A DNA stretch of 64,000 bases from an uncultured virus (IMG/VR IMGVR_UViG_3300020247_000249) (taxonomy: Duplodnaviria > Heunggongvirae > Uroviricota > Caudoviricetes). Shown one piece after another: positions 26,847 through 36,413 of the stretch; position 1 is the stretch's first letter, and the number at the start of each line of letters is the position of its first letter. The position numbers and the translations under genes were made by a program. Where the stretch lies: IMG/VR virus record IMGVR_UViG_3300020247_000249; one strand, given 5' to 3'. Under the pieces are notes generated by a model, which was not told the DNA's origin, made no database searches, and saw nothing but the letters and a program-made list of their open reading frames with translations.

Positions 26847-26997
26847 ATTGTATGACTATGTCGCTATAGTAATATTCACGCAGTTGTTTTACTATGGCGT
26901 CATAGGATTAATATACGGAGGATTCGTTGGAGGTATTGTATTATTCGTTACCTGGGAACTCTGGAAGATGTATGAAATATGGAGAGTTCAGCAATGA
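26839..26997 (+). CDS. Small membrane protein (52 aa), absent from the ORF track
   Basis: GAGGT SD, GTG start, hydrophobic, ATGA overlap with kdsB. Confidence 0.55.
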   Translation: MFRLYDYVAIVIFTQLFYYGVIGLIYGGFVGGIVLFVTWELWKMYEIWRVQQ

Positions 26998-27683
26998 CAA
27001 CAGCAATTTTAATTCCTGCTAGATATGGCAGTACACGTTATCCAGGCAAACCTCTTATAGACTTAGACGGCAAGCCTATGATTAAACGTGTGTATGATGC
27101 TTGTGTAGCAACTGGACGTGATACTTTTGTGTTAACAGACAGTATGAAAATTTTTCCTTTGTTCGGTTCAGACAGTTGTTGGATTGAGGAAACTCCATAT
27201 GAAAATGGAACTGCAAGATGTGCAGGAGCCGCTTCAAGTAATTTCTTTAAAGCATACGATACATTTATAAATGTACAAGGCGACATGCCAGACATTACAG
27301 AAACAATGATTGATCGATGTGAAGAATGGTTACAGTATTATTCTGTTAGTACTGTTTATACAACAATGCGTGAAGAAGAACAGAACAGACCCGAAAGTGT
27401 TAAAATGGTAAGAGCTGGAGATAAAGCACTGTGGTTCGGACGAGGCATGACCGGGTATGGAGAATGGCACTTAGGTGTTTATGGATACAAACGCAATGCT
27501 TTGGAAATGTATCCAAATCTAGAGATTCCAATCGAGGAAGATGTAGAAAAACTTGAACAACTACGCTGGTTAAAGAATGGTTGGGACATTGGATGTTCGC
27601 ATGTTGACTTCGACGGAGTTGAGATTAACACGAAAGAAGATGTTCACTTATGGAACTACAAGCATGGTGTGGAAGTTAAATAA
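26994..27683 (+). CDS. kdsB: 3-deoxy-manno-octulosonate cytidylyltransferase (CMP-Kdo synthetase)
   Basis: IPARYGSTRYPGKPL, NGTAR, INVQGD, HLGVYGY, EKLEQLRWL. Confidence 0.9.
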   Translation: MTTAILIPARYGSTRYPGKPLIDLDGKPMIKRVYDACVATGRDTFVLTDSMKIFPLFGSDSCWIEETPYENGTARCAGAASSNFFKAYDTFINVQGDMPDITETMIDRCEEWLQYYSVSTVYTTMREEEQNRPESVKMVRAGDKALWFGRGMTGYGEWHLGVYGYKRNALEMYPNLEIPIEEDVEKLEQLRWLKNGWDIGCSHVDFDGVEINTKEDVHLWNYKHGVEVK

Positions 27684-27690
27684 AACATAC

Positions 27691-27766
27691 GCTGGATTAG
27701 CTCATTTGGTAGAGCAGCTGATTTGTAATCAGCAGGTGGTCAGTTCGAATCCGACATCCAGCACCA
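27691..27766 (+). tRNA. tRNA-Thr (TGT)
   Basis: GCTGA-TT-TGT-AA-TCAGC arm, GTTCGAATC, CCA end. Confidence 0.95.
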
Positions 27767-27781
27767 AATTTAGAGGGTGCA

Positions 27782-28294
27782 ATGTATAAGGTCACTGCAT
27801 ATTTTAAGAATTATAAAGTTGTGCAAAAATTTCATGACTTATATGATGCAATAGATTTTAGAGATAGTGCAGATGCAAACTATCCTAAAGAAGTAACATT
27901 TGAGAAAGTAAGAGATATGAGAGAATGGGTATATAATTGTTGGAATGTAGTAATGGATTATGAAAAGAATCCACTGAGTAAAATTCCAGACTTTAGTACA
28001 CGCCATATGATTATGCAAGTATTAGCATGGATGTGGTGTACAGTATTTGGTATTATTGTAGGTAGCATGTATATGGGAGTGTTTAGTATGGTGCTACACG
28101 TATTACTCCTAGGTGCTATTGCTGTCACAGTAGCAACATTTGAAACAGCTCATAGAAAGCCGAGCGCCTTTAATTTTGTCAGCGGCTATACTTCATATGG
28201 TAGAGGAAGAACTTATACTATTTGGAGAGATGAAAAAGGTAACGCCCATAAAGTGCCTTTAGACAAAAACGATCCAGGTGGCGAACATGAATAG
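27782..28294 (+). CDS. Hypothetical membrane protein
   Basis: NPLSKIPDFSTRHMIMQVLAWMWC + TM helices. Confidence 0.7.
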   Translation: MYKVTAYFKNYKVVQKFHDLYDAIDFRDSADANYPKEVTFEKVRDMREWVYNCWNVVMDYEKNPLSKIPDFSTRHMIMQVLAWMWCTVFGIIVGSMYMGVFSMVLHVLLLGAIAVTVATFETAHRKPSAFNFVSGYTSYGRGRTYTIWRDEKGNAHKVPLDKNDPGGEHE

Positions 28295-28369
28295 GGGCCA
28301 TAGCTCAGTTGGGAGAGCGCCTGATTTGCATTCAGGAGGTCGTGGGTTCGATTCCCTCTGGCTCCACCA
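28294..28369 (+). tRNA. tRNA-Ala (TGC)
   Basis: GGGGCCA/TGGCTCC stem with G3:U70, CCTGA-TT-TGC-AT-TCAGG, CCA end. Confidence 0.95.
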
Positions 28370-28381
28370 CGTACAGGATAT

Positions 28382-28573
28382 ATGATGGAATTTATCTGGC
28401 ATATATTATTAACAGTATGTTTAGGTTCAACATGTGTTGAACAAGATGTACAATGGTTTGAAACTGAAGAGGAGTGTTTTAAAATGCTAGCCGTATTTGA
28501 AACTCTTCCACCTGATGGAGATTGGTCAACAATACAGTACCAGTGTAAACCTATTAACTCTTTATCAACTTAG
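28382..28573 (+). CDS. Small Cys-rich protein
   Basis: AGGA SD; WHILLTVCLGSTC...FETEEEC...QCKP. Confidence 0.6.
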   Translation: MMEFIWHILLTVCLGSTCVEQDVQWFETEEECFKMLAVFETLPPDGDWSTIQYQCKPINSLST

Positions 28574-28580
28574 GAAAAGC

Positions 28581-29180
28581 ATGAACAACGAGAACTTAGA
28601 AGTATATCCACTGTTTGCTAAAACAATTATACGCACTCAAGTAGATTTAGAAGGCACAGATTTAAGTAAGATTGAATGGGTGCAAAACTATCAAAACAAT
28701 ATTAGTACTAGTCAAGCAGTACTAGATGATCCTCACTTTACTAAACTTAAAAAAGAATGTATGAAAGGTATTAACGATTACTTTCATGGTGTAATGAAAG
28801 TATCAGAAGATACAGAAATTTACATTACAGAGTCTTGGTTTAATAAAACTAACAAAGGACAAACACATCATAGGCATTGGCATCCTAACTCAACACTTTC
28901 AGCAATTGTGTTTATGTCAGGCGAAGCAGACAAAGGCGGACATACTAGTTTTATTACAAGTCAGTACGATACACTTGAATTTGATATTACAGAAGCAAAT
29001 CTTTACAACAGCAAAAGTTGGTCTGTAGATCCTGCTGTTGGAACAATGTTAATTTTTCCATCGAGCGTAGAACACTTAGTACAACCATACGATGGTGATG
29101 AGCCTCGCATATCATTAAGTTTTAATACTTTTGTAAGAGGCAAATTAAATCAACAAACATTAACAAGGTTAGAAGTATAA
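28581..29180 (+). CDS. Putative 2OG-Fe(II) oxygenase (TIGR02466-like)
   Basis: SWFN, HRHWHPNS, IFPSSVEHLV, RISLSFN. Confidence 0.85.
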   Translation: MNNENLEVYPLFAKTIIRTQVDLEGTDLSKIEWVQNYQNNISTSQAVLDDPHFTKLKKECMKGINDYFHGVMKVSEDTEIYITESWFNKTNKGQTHHRHWHPNSTLSAIVFMSGEADKGGHTSFITSQYDTLEFDITEANLYNSKSWSVDPAVGTMLIFPSSVEHLVQPYDGDEPRISLSFNTFVRGKLNQQTLTRLEV

Positions 29181-29791
29181 TGAAATTTGCATATTTTAAT
29201 CCTACGGTAATGGCCGTAGATGATGTTACTGCTGAACAATACAGTAGGTTACGTGAAATAGTAAATGCTGCTCACGAACATAACGAACACAATGATGAAG
29301 GCGATCCTAATATTAGCATTAGGGGAGGTCAGCAAGTACAAGTTGTTCCAAATGAATTTAAACTTGATACTTCTTTTTTATCTCAATACATTGAAGAACG
29401 ATGCCAAGCATATATTGACAACATTATTAAAACAAGTGGTGTTAGTGATTTAAATGGTTATAAGCCAATGCTTGTATCAGCATGGACTATTAAGCAAACA
29501 GCAGGCGACTACCAAGCATTACATAACCACGAAGCACATATTAGTGGGAATATCTATTTGGACGTTCCATTACTTGATGAAGGTTCAAAAAGCAGTGATG
29601 CAAATATTGAATTTAGATTACCAGTAATTAGAAACCCTGCTCATTTTGTGTTTACTGATCAGTGGCGTTTTAAGCCAGAACCTTTAAAGATGATTATATT
29701 TCCAAGTTATGTTTCGCATACTGTTTATCCGTGGAAAGGCCAAGGAAGTAGAACTATTTTGGCTTGGGACGTTAAACTTATAGCAAAATAA
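29180..29791 (+). CDS. Putative 2OG-Fe(II) oxygenase
   Basis: YQALHNH, ISGNIYL, IFPSYVSHTVYP, RTILAWD. Confidence 0.85.
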   Translation: MKFAYFNPTVMAVDDVTAEQYSRLREIVNAAHEHNEHNDEGDPNISIRGGQQVQVVPNEFKLDTSFLSQYIEERCQAYIDNIIKTSGVSDLNGYKPMLVSAWTIKQTAGDYQALHNHEAHISGNIYLDVPLLDEGSKSSDANIEFRLPVIRNPAHFVFTDQWRFKPEPLKMIIFPSYVSHTVYPWKGQGSRTILAWDVKLIAK

Positions 29792-29795
29792 GGTG

Positions 29796-29824
29796 TTGAC
29801 TAAAGGTACTGTAGATGCTATACT
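29796..29824 (+). promoter_or_regulatory. sigma70-type promoter
   Basis: TTGACT-N17-TATACT with extended TG. Confidence 0.7.
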
Positions 29825-29858
29825 GATGATATAAACAAAAATAACGATAGGAAAATTT

Positions 29859-30209
29859 ATGCCCGAACTTGATGATAAGCAAAAAGAGCAATACGGATAC
29901 CACCAACAGGCACACGATTTAATAAATTCACAACACTTGCTAGTGTTAATGGCAAGTAAGAGAGCAAGAGAAATACAACAAGGATCCAAACCTTTAGTTG
30001 AATATCAGAAAGGGCAAAAAACTACTACAATAGCAATTAAGGAAATCGCACTAGGATTTTATACTGAAGATCATTACAACGGTAAAATTAAAAGTGCTGA
30101 AGATGAATTAATGGCAAAACGATTCCAAGAGGAGGAAGAGCAATATGGAAGAGAAGAAAACCGAGCAGATGCAAATGAACATCCGCAAAGCAACACACTT
30201 ACAGAATAA
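29859..30209 (+). CDS. rpoZ: RNA polymerase omega subunit homolog
   Basis: LVLMASKRAREIQQGSKPLV...KTTTIAIKEIALG. Confidence 0.82.
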   Translation: MPELDDKQKEQYGYHQQAHDLINSQHLLVLMASKRAREIQQGSKPLVEYQKGQKTTTIAIKEIALGFYTEDHYNGKIKSAEDELMAKRFQEEEEQYGREENRADANEHPQSNTLTE

Positions 30210-30699
30210 CATTAAGCGTTATATTGATGCAATTACTCTTGAGTTTTCAAAAGAAGTTAATACTGATGACGACATCGTAAAGACTTTACAGGACTCAAAT
30301 GAGTTATTGTTTAAGACTGACGAGCGTAGGAATAAACTATTAACTATCTATTACAACATTGCGGCACTTATTGCACAAGCAAATGCAGGTTGTGGTATCA
30401 CTACAGCACAAGCAAAAATTGGCTTTGTTGACAATAGGATTACACAGGTAGAGCAAATTGCAAAAGCAGTTCCGCTTACAGACCCTGATGCACTTGCAGG
30501 ATATCTAAAAGAAGTAACAGGCAGTGTTTCAACTGGTGTTGTTTCTTTAGACCAAATCAAACAAGCAAAAGCAGAGTTGGCAAACTTAAAAATTAATAGA
30601 CAGCAACTAGAAGAAGAAATCTTTGAACTAATGGTTAAGACAGAGATTCCTATCACAGACGATAATGTTGCAATTTTAGGTCAAGAAGGACTACTGTAA
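30145..30699 (+). CDS. Helical hypothetical protein
   Basis: GAGG SD; coiled-coil character. Confidence 0.7.
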   Translation: MEEKKTEQMQMNIRKATHLQNNIKRYIDAITLEFSKEVNTDDDIVKTLQDSNELLFKTDERRNKLLTIYYNIAALIAQANAGCGITTAQAKIGFVDNRITQVEQIAKAVPLTDPDALAGYLKEVTGSVSTGVVSLDQIKQAKAELANLKINRQQLEEEIFELMVKTEIPITDDNVAILGQEGLL

Positions 30700-31431
30700 A
30701 TGTCAAAGGCCCTAAAAGTATACTGGGCACCTGATTACGAAGCAGGTAATATCGATTGGAATATGTTATATTCTGATCCTACTACTGTATTTGATAAGTC
30801 ATACAAACGTAAGACTGACATTGACAAATACGATAGTTTCTTTTATTGTCCTGCATATAAAAATCTAGCAAAGAATACACTTGTTTTTAAGAATCCGTTA
30901 ACATCTACTTTTGAGTTTGACAACGGAAACTTAATCCCTCCTCAAAAACAACAAGGTGTATTTGCTAATGTTGTACGTGGACCTAATCTAAAAGATCAAA
31001 CACTTTTAGAATATGGTTTACGTTACATCTTCTTTACAGAAGCAGACGAACTAGATTGTACATTAACTGCTCCATGGTTTGATAATTCACCTTGGCAAAA
31101 GACTGCAACTGTTGTACCTGGAAGGTATGATGTTGGCAGATGGTTTAGAGCTGTTAATGTAGAGTTTATGTTAGATCCTAATGTATCAAAGTTTACAATT
31201 AAGAAAGACGAGCCGTTGTGCTATTTTAGTTTTGGCACAGATCGTCCTATAGAATTTGTGCGTTTTAAGATGAATGAAGAACTTAAACGCTATTCAGTTG
31301 CATGTAGTACAGCAACTAGTTGGGAATCTTGGGTGCCGTTAGCAGATAGGTATAAACGGTTTAAAGATAGTAGAATGAAATCACTCATTCTAAAAGAAAT
31401 AAAAAGAGGTATTATAGATGGCAAAGCGTAG
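30700..31431 (+). CDS. Hypothetical phage protein
   Basis: CPAY, VPGRYDVGRWFRAVN, DEPLCY. Confidence 0.7.
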   Translation: MSKALKVYWAPDYEAGNIDWNMLYSDPTTVFDKSYKRKTDIDKYDSFFYCPAYKNLAKNTLVFKNPLTSTFEFDNGNLIPPQKQQGVFANVVRGPNLKDQTLLEYGLRYIFFTEADELDCTLTAPWFDNSPWQKTATVVPGRYDVGRWFRAVNVEFMLDPNVSKFTIKKDEPLCYFSFGTDRPIEFVRFKMNEELKRYSVACSTATSWESWVPLADRYKRFKDSRMKSLILKEIKRGIIDGKA

Positions 31432-32113
31432 ATTTAGAATTCAAGCAAGTAACTATGGTGGAGAACTTACCATTGGAGAGGTTAGTAAAGAGTTTGTAGA
31501 TTACTTTATTGACAAAGACGAATCGGACCTTATTGAAACTGTAACTAGTTACGAATGGGACGATGAAGACATGGGCGACAAAGATGCACCTAAAATTGCA
31601 GAAGATTTTAATGCATGGCATGAGTGTGATGAACTAGAACATCTTAATAACTCTTATGCTGACGGTGAATGGTTTGTTAACGAAGTACCTGCAGACGGTA
31701 GTGATGATTACGGGTGGGACGAAAATGAACTTAGGTTTGAACCGTATCACTTGTATGGCAGAGAAGCATATCATCAAGACAAAGAAGAAGAAGGATTGAT
31801 TCCAGTCCTTTGTTTTCATAGTGGAGAGAAGGGTGGCTTCGGTTCGTGGTTTGTTGAAACCGAAGGTGAAGACTTTGATCCTAAGAAACTAGCATTTAGT
31901 TCAGTTGAAACTAGTGTGTCTGAAATTGTCGAAAACGTTTGGTATGATAAAGTAGAACTTGAAGCAGACTTTGACTATAATGACACAACAGGCAAAGGCT
32001 ATTATGCTAGTGTTGGTTACTTCAATCCTAAGTGGCATGACAAAGAAGATATGTACACACCAGAATATTTAAAAGAAAACGAATATTGGGAAGGGTTTGA
32101 CGAGCAGGAATGA
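31418..32113 (+). CDS. Acidic hypothetical phage protein
   Basis: YGGELTIG, SGEKGGF, DTTGKG; GAGG SD. Confidence 0.7.
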   Translation: MAKRRFRIQASNYGGELTIGEVSKEFVDYFIDKDESDLIETVTSYEWDDEDMGDKDAPKIAEDFNAWHECDELEHLNNSYADGEWFVNEVPADGSDDYGWDENELRFEPYHLYGREAYHQDKEEEGLIPVLCFHSGEKGGFGSWFVETEGEDFDPKKLAFSSVETSVSEIVENVWYDKVELEADFDYNDTTGKGYYASVGYFNPKWHDKEDMYTPEYLKENEYWEGFDEQE

Positions 32114-32667
32114 TAAAGTTACCTATTAACTGTCCTTATGTTATTGGTGAGTTTGAACAACATGCAGAACTAAAGCAAGATGTTCTTAATGCTATTAACG
32201 AACAAGAAGTACAAGGATTACAAGAATCTGAAGATGCTGTAAACATCACGAGATCCGATTGGGAATCTGCAAGATGGGATTACAACAAGAAGTGGTTGCA
32301 CTTACTAGGAGACCATTTCCACAATCATCTTCTAAAAGTTTCTAAAGAGTTAGGGTACGAGTTTTATAGATTAAAAGAAATATGGTTCCAGCAATATGCT
32401 GATCAGAGCTATCATGGTTGGCATGTACATGGTGCTAACTGGACTAGTGTTTATTATTTAGACTTACCAGACGGTAGTCCACAAACAGAATATATAGTTC
32501 CTTATGAACAAACAGATGTACAAACGTTTGACATAAAAGAAGGACAAACTATTACATTTCCTAGTTTTGTTGTACACAGAGCTCCCATAAATAATAATGA
32601 TAAAATAAAAACAATCATATCATGGAATATGGATACTGAGATTGTGCCAGGATTGTACAGTGAGTAA
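32110..32667 (+). CDS. Putative 2OG-Fe(II) oxygenase
   Basis: WFQQY, HGWHVH, VYYL, FPSFVVHRAP, KTIISWN. Confidence 0.8.
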   Translation: MIKLPINCPYVIGEFEQHAELKQDVLNAINEQEVQGLQESEDAVNITRSDWESARWDYNKKWLHLLGDHFHNHLLKVSKELGYEFYRLKEIWFQQYADQSYHGWHVHGANWTSVYYLDLPDGSPQTEYIVPYEQTDVQTFDIKEGQTITFPSFVVHRAPINNNDKIKTIISWNMDTEIVPGLYSE

Positions 32668-33232
32668 CATTATAGATCAAAACGAAGTATTCAGAAAGTT
32701 TAACTTTAGCAGTACTATAACTGCTGAAGATAATCAAAATGCTATTGCTATTATAAAGCATATTATTGATAGTGGCAACTACTGGGAAAATAGTCCCAAG
32801 TATCAGACAAAAGAAAACATTTTTAGTAGACCAGAGCCACTATGGTTGAAGTATCGTATGAGCTTCTTGTTTAGTGTGTTTATGTACTTTGGACGTGAAG
32901 TGCAAGTAGGTAACATGCAGGCTTGGAGTTTTATGACAAACAAAGAAGGTGCAGAAGATAGAGAAAGACTTTGGCACCATCATCAACACAAACCAGAGCC
33001 TAAAAGCATGAGCGGTATTATGTACTTAGAAATACCCGACGATGTGCAGGACAAAAACTTATGTGGTACAGAATTCGCTCCTAACGGACCCAATAATGAC
33101 GGTAAATTCTTTGTTAAACCTGACGAATATACGTGGTTAATATACCCAAGCGAATACTGGCATCGTCCAGCGGCGCCACAAAGTGATAAATATAGATATA
33201 TAATAGCAGCAGACGTTGAAATCACAACTTAG
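32660..33232 (+). CDS. Putative 2OG-Fe(II) oxygenase-fold protein
   Basis: WHHH, SGIMYL, GTEF, IYPSEYWHRP, RYIIAAD. Confidence 0.7.
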   Translation: MSNIIDQNEVFRKFNFSSTITAEDNQNAIAIIKHIIDSGNYWENSPKYQTKENIFSRPEPLWLKYRMSFLFSVFMYFGREVQVGNMQAWSFMTNKEGAEDRERLWHHHQHKPEPKSMSGIMYLEIPDDVQDKNLCGTEFAPNGPNNDGKFFVKPDEYTWLIYPSEYWHRPAAPQSDKYRYIIAADVEITT

Positions 33233-33306
33233 GAATTATGCACGAATAAGCGTACAGGCATAAATACTAAGTATAGAAACGAATATTGCCAGGAGTTTAA
33301 AAGAAT

Positions 33307-34800
33307 ATGCCATTACAGATAAGAAGAGGAACCGACGCTGAACGCCAAGTACTAGCGACCGCTCCACAAGCGGGTGAGCTAATTTGGGTTACAGATCAAG
33401 CCAAACTGTACGTAGGTGACGGAACAACCTTACTAAAAGATTTAGAAGCAGTAACTGGTTTTAATGCAGAAGATGCACAAGACGCAGTTGCAAACATGCT
33501 TGTAGCAGGACCCAATACAGGTATTAGTTTTACATATAACGATGGGGCCAACACAATTTCCGCAACAGCAAATCAACCGCAGTTGCTACAGAATTTAGAC
33601 TTAAACTCATTCAACATTACTGGCAGTGGTGGATTGAACATAACTGGAAACAGCACAATTAATGGCAACTTGACTGTTGAAGGTAAAATTGTAGCAGACT
33701 ACAATGGTTCTGTATTTGGCGATGACTCAACTATACTAGTAAACGCAGTAGAAGGTGCTGTTAACTTATCCGGTACAGTAAAAGATAACATTGTACCTGG
33801 TACAGCAGACACACATAACGTTGGTGCACCTGGCACACAATTTAACAACGTTTATGTTAAAAACGGCGTATGGGTTGATGGTGCAGCAATTACGAATAAC
33901 GGTGGCGCTATTGAACTTCCAGCAGGTTCAACAGTAGGCGGACTAACACTTGGCGGTGTTGCAGAACCGGGAGCAAACGTAAATGCAAACATCATTGGTG
34001 ATGACTCTAGCACAATTGTTAATACTTCAAACAACTCCGTTACTGCAAACTCAGTTTCAGCAAGTTCTGTAACAGCAGCAGCAATTGACGGTGATTTAAA
34101 AGGAAGTGTATTCACTGACGATAGTACTGTTATTGTTAACTCTATTACTAAAGCAATTATTGCAGAAACAGTTACAGGTGACCTAAGAGGTAGCGTGTCA
34201 GGTGATGACTCAACTATACTTGTTGATGCTATTGCAAGTCAAATCAAAGGTAATGTGAATAATGATACTGTTGATACAGGTAATATCATTCTTAATAAAA
34301 ATTTAACAACAGGCGGCTTATTCCTTGAAACAGAAGGTGACGGTGAAGATGATTACGATCTATTCACTGTACAAGCATACAACGATGGTGCAGATGCACC
34401 AGCACAACAGGTTGTTAAAACTCGTGGTACAAAAGCAAGTCCAGCTGCTATTCAAAATGGCGATGGTATATTTAGAATTGCTTATATGGGGTACGGTGGA
34501 ACAACAGCAGGATCAATTGGTGTAGCAGTTGTTGTTGATGCTGAAGCTGATGGAACTATTGCAACTAATCAGGTTCCAGGTAGATATGTTGTACGTACAG
34601 CAACAGCCGCAGGTGGGTTAGATGAAGCTGTTAGATTCAATTCAAAACAAGAAACAGTATTTGGTGGGCCAGCTCAACTTAAATCATACACTACAACACA
34701 ACGTGATGCTCTTACAGCAGTTGCTGGACAGATGATTTACAATACTTCTACTTCTAAAATACAAGCGTATGCTGGTAGTAGTTGGGTAGACTTACACTAA
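33307..34800 (+). CDS. Tail fibre/virion structural protein
   Basis: N-terminal LQIRRGT...GELIWVTD...LYVGDG anchor; G/T/N/V-rich beta repeats; C-terminal TTTQRDAL...GQMIYNT...W. Confidence 0.8.
   Translation: MPLQIRRGTDAERQVLATAPQAGELIWVTDQAKLYVGDGTTLLKDLEAVTGFNAEDAQDAVANMLVAGPNTGISFTYNDGANTISATANQPQLLQNLDLNSFNITGSGGLNITGNSTINGNLTVEGKIVADYNGSVFGDDSTILVNAVEGAVNLSGTVKDNIVPGTADTHNVGAPGTQFNNVYVKNGVWVDGAAITNNGGAIELPAGSTVGGLTLGGVAEPGANVNANIIGDDSSTIVNTSNNSVTANSVSASSVTAAAIDGDLKGSVFTDDSTVIVNSITKAIIAETVTGDLRGSVSGDDSTILVDAIASQIKGNVNNDTVDTGNIILNKNLTTGGLFLETEGDGEDDYDLFTVQAYNDGADAPAQQVVKTRGTKASPAAIQNGDGIFRIAYMGYGGTTAGSIGVAVVVDAEADGTIATNQVPGRYVVRTATAAGGLDEAVRFNSKQETVFGGPAQLKSYTTTQRDALTAVAGQMIYNTSTSKIQAYAGSSWVDLH
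33706..34233 (+). repeat. Four dispersed peptide repeats GSVxxDDSTxxV in the fibre gene
   Basis: GSVFGDDSTILVN, NIIGDDSSTIVN, GSVFTDDSTVIVN, GSVSGDDSTILVD. Confidence 0.75.
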
Positions 34801-35919
34801 TTCCCAAACATAAGGATCTTTTTTAGCAACAGCAAAGTTGAGATAAGTTTCAATTTTGTCAAGGTCTTTAACTGTCTTTATAGAACACAATTCATTTGCA
34901 AAGTGTAGTTCAACACCTTTCTCTAATGCTAGATTAAAAAGCTCTTTGCGTCTTTCAACATCATCAGTCATTGAATAGATACTGCATAGTACAATAACAT
35001 CTGGTTGTTCATTAATATAAAATTCTAAACCAGGCATCCAGTCTAGGTGTTCGTTTTCAAATTCGTAACTTGTATATTCAATTTTGTTTTTAATGCAGTA
35101 TGGCTCAATAATTGCTCTTTGCATAGGTAACGGAATTTGATTTGAAAACTTACTGTTCCAGCCTGCATATGTTATAGCACTTTTTCCTGTATAGTCTGCT
35201 TCTCCAGCAACTTCATGATCGCCTGGTAAGCGCATAAATCCTCCTGGATGTCTTCTACCGTATTCTTCACCTTCAATAAGGATACGCATGTCCATGCTTA
35301 CCCGTGTATAACCTTCTTCGTTGTTTACGTTACCATGTAACATCTCTTGAAAGAACAAATGGCTTTGTCCTGGCTTTAGTGTAATGGGAAACGCATGTTT
35401 CAAACATTCATCTTCTATCTGTTCCAAACTCCATTTCTCAGCCATAATTTGTTTTGTAATTCTTCTACTATTTTCTACATCTACCATCCACATAGTGTTA
35501 GTACCACGTGCTTCTGTAAACGGTGTCCATATAGTTCTACAACCTCTGCCATTACCTACAAAGATACCTTGATGGAAAGCAAGTCTTCGTCCTACACTTG
35601 CTTGATTAGGAATAACAACACGCAACGTTCCTTGACGCTGGATCATGTATCTTTTATTATCGATACGCTGCGGAATATATTCAGCAACAAAAGCATCAAA
35701 GCGTTCCATAAAGTCTTTACGACTACATGCATTTTGTACATGCCTACTAACAGTTACAATTTCTTTAGGAGATAGTACTTCGTGTAGTGTTTCTAGTTTA
35801 GTAACCTGTGGTGCTACTTCTTGTACAACACTTAACGCCCATGCAGGCCAGTTGAATTTTTCTAGATCGTATTCTAATGTACAATTATTAAATTCTTTTT
35901 GAAGTGATGTTAGTTCCAT
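34792..35919 (-). CDS. StrG/PhyH-like 2OG-Fe(II) enzyme with HxG motif, fused to a C-terminal alpha/beta domain
   Basis: TLRVVIP, FHQG, TIWTPFT, LHGNVNN, TRVSMDMR; the C-terminal IPLPMQRAIIEPYC...IVLCSIY...ELHFANE resembles TIGR04323 sporadic carbohydrate cluster proteins. Confidence 0.7.
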   Translation of the reverse strand: MELTSLQKEFNNCTLEYDLEKFNWPAWALSVVQEVAPQVTKLETLHEVLSPKEIVTVSRHVQNACSRKDFMERFDAFVAEYIPQRIDNKRYMIQRQGTLRVVIPNQASVGRRLAFHQGIFVGNGRGCRTIWTPFTEARGTNTMWMVDVENSRRITKQIMAEKWSLEQIEDECLKHAFPITLKPGQSHLFFQEMLHGNVNNEEGYTRVSMDMRILIEGEEYGRRHPGGFMRLPGDHEVAGEADYTGKSAITYAGWNSKFSNQIPLPMQRAIIEPYCIKNKIEYTSYEFENEHLDWMPGLEFYINEQPDVIVLCSIYSMTDDVERRKELFNLALEKGVELHFANELCSIKTVKDLDKIETYLNFAVAKKDPYVWELV

Positions 35920-36413
35920 TATTTCCTCGTGTTTACTTGGCAAGTATTAAAGTTGAAGTTGCTGGCATTTCCAGCACAGTGTATATCTTCATGTGTAAAT
36001 GTCCATACATCACCTTTTTCCCATTTAGTAATAGGTTGTTGCTCAAACTCAACAAGATGTCCTAATGTCCAATCTTCTAAAAATATAAGATATCTTAAGC
36101 AATCATCAATGTCCACATTATGCTTTTTTCTAAGTTTAAAAAATTTGTCTGCATGTACAGGAATAGTTCCTGACGGCTTAATTTGTGTCCAGCTTATACT
36201 GCTGACTGCTTCATCTTCAATGTATAGTTCTTTAAAGAACCTACCATAACATTTTGGTAATTGTCCATCAAACCCTTGCATTAAATTATTTGTTTCATCA
36301 AAGTAAGCATCATGAAAATTTTCATTCTGTCCTGTGCTTACAGATTCGGGCCATTTGTAATTCTGTAAATCTTCTTTCCAGAAGTCATCTACTTTGCCCC
36401 AGTACTTTAGCAT
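35919..36413 (-). CDS. Cupin/2OG-Fe(II) oxygenase
   Basis: PVHAD, IFLEDWTLGH, HCAGN. Confidence 0.75.
   Translation of the reverse strand: MLKYWGKVDDFWKEDLQNYKWPESVSTGQNENFHDAYFDETNNLMQGFDGQLPKCYGRFFKELYIEDEAVSSISWTQIKPSGTIPVHADKFFKLRKKHNVDIDDCLRYLIFLEDWTLGHLVEFEQQPITKWEKGDVWTFTHEDIHCAGNASNFNFNTCQVNTRK

Noticed and set aside
769..28369. Alternative genetic code or suppressor tRNAs
   Set aside because: Anticodons are ordinary (Trp CCA, Thr TGT, Ala TGC) and genes are intact under code 11 with all three stops used.
1..33300. Bacterial chromosome origin suggested by guaC, clpP, rpoZ, rpsU, kdsB
   Set aside because: The genes lack their usual cellular operon context and are mixed with small phage-type ORFs, fibre genes and T4-late-like promoters.
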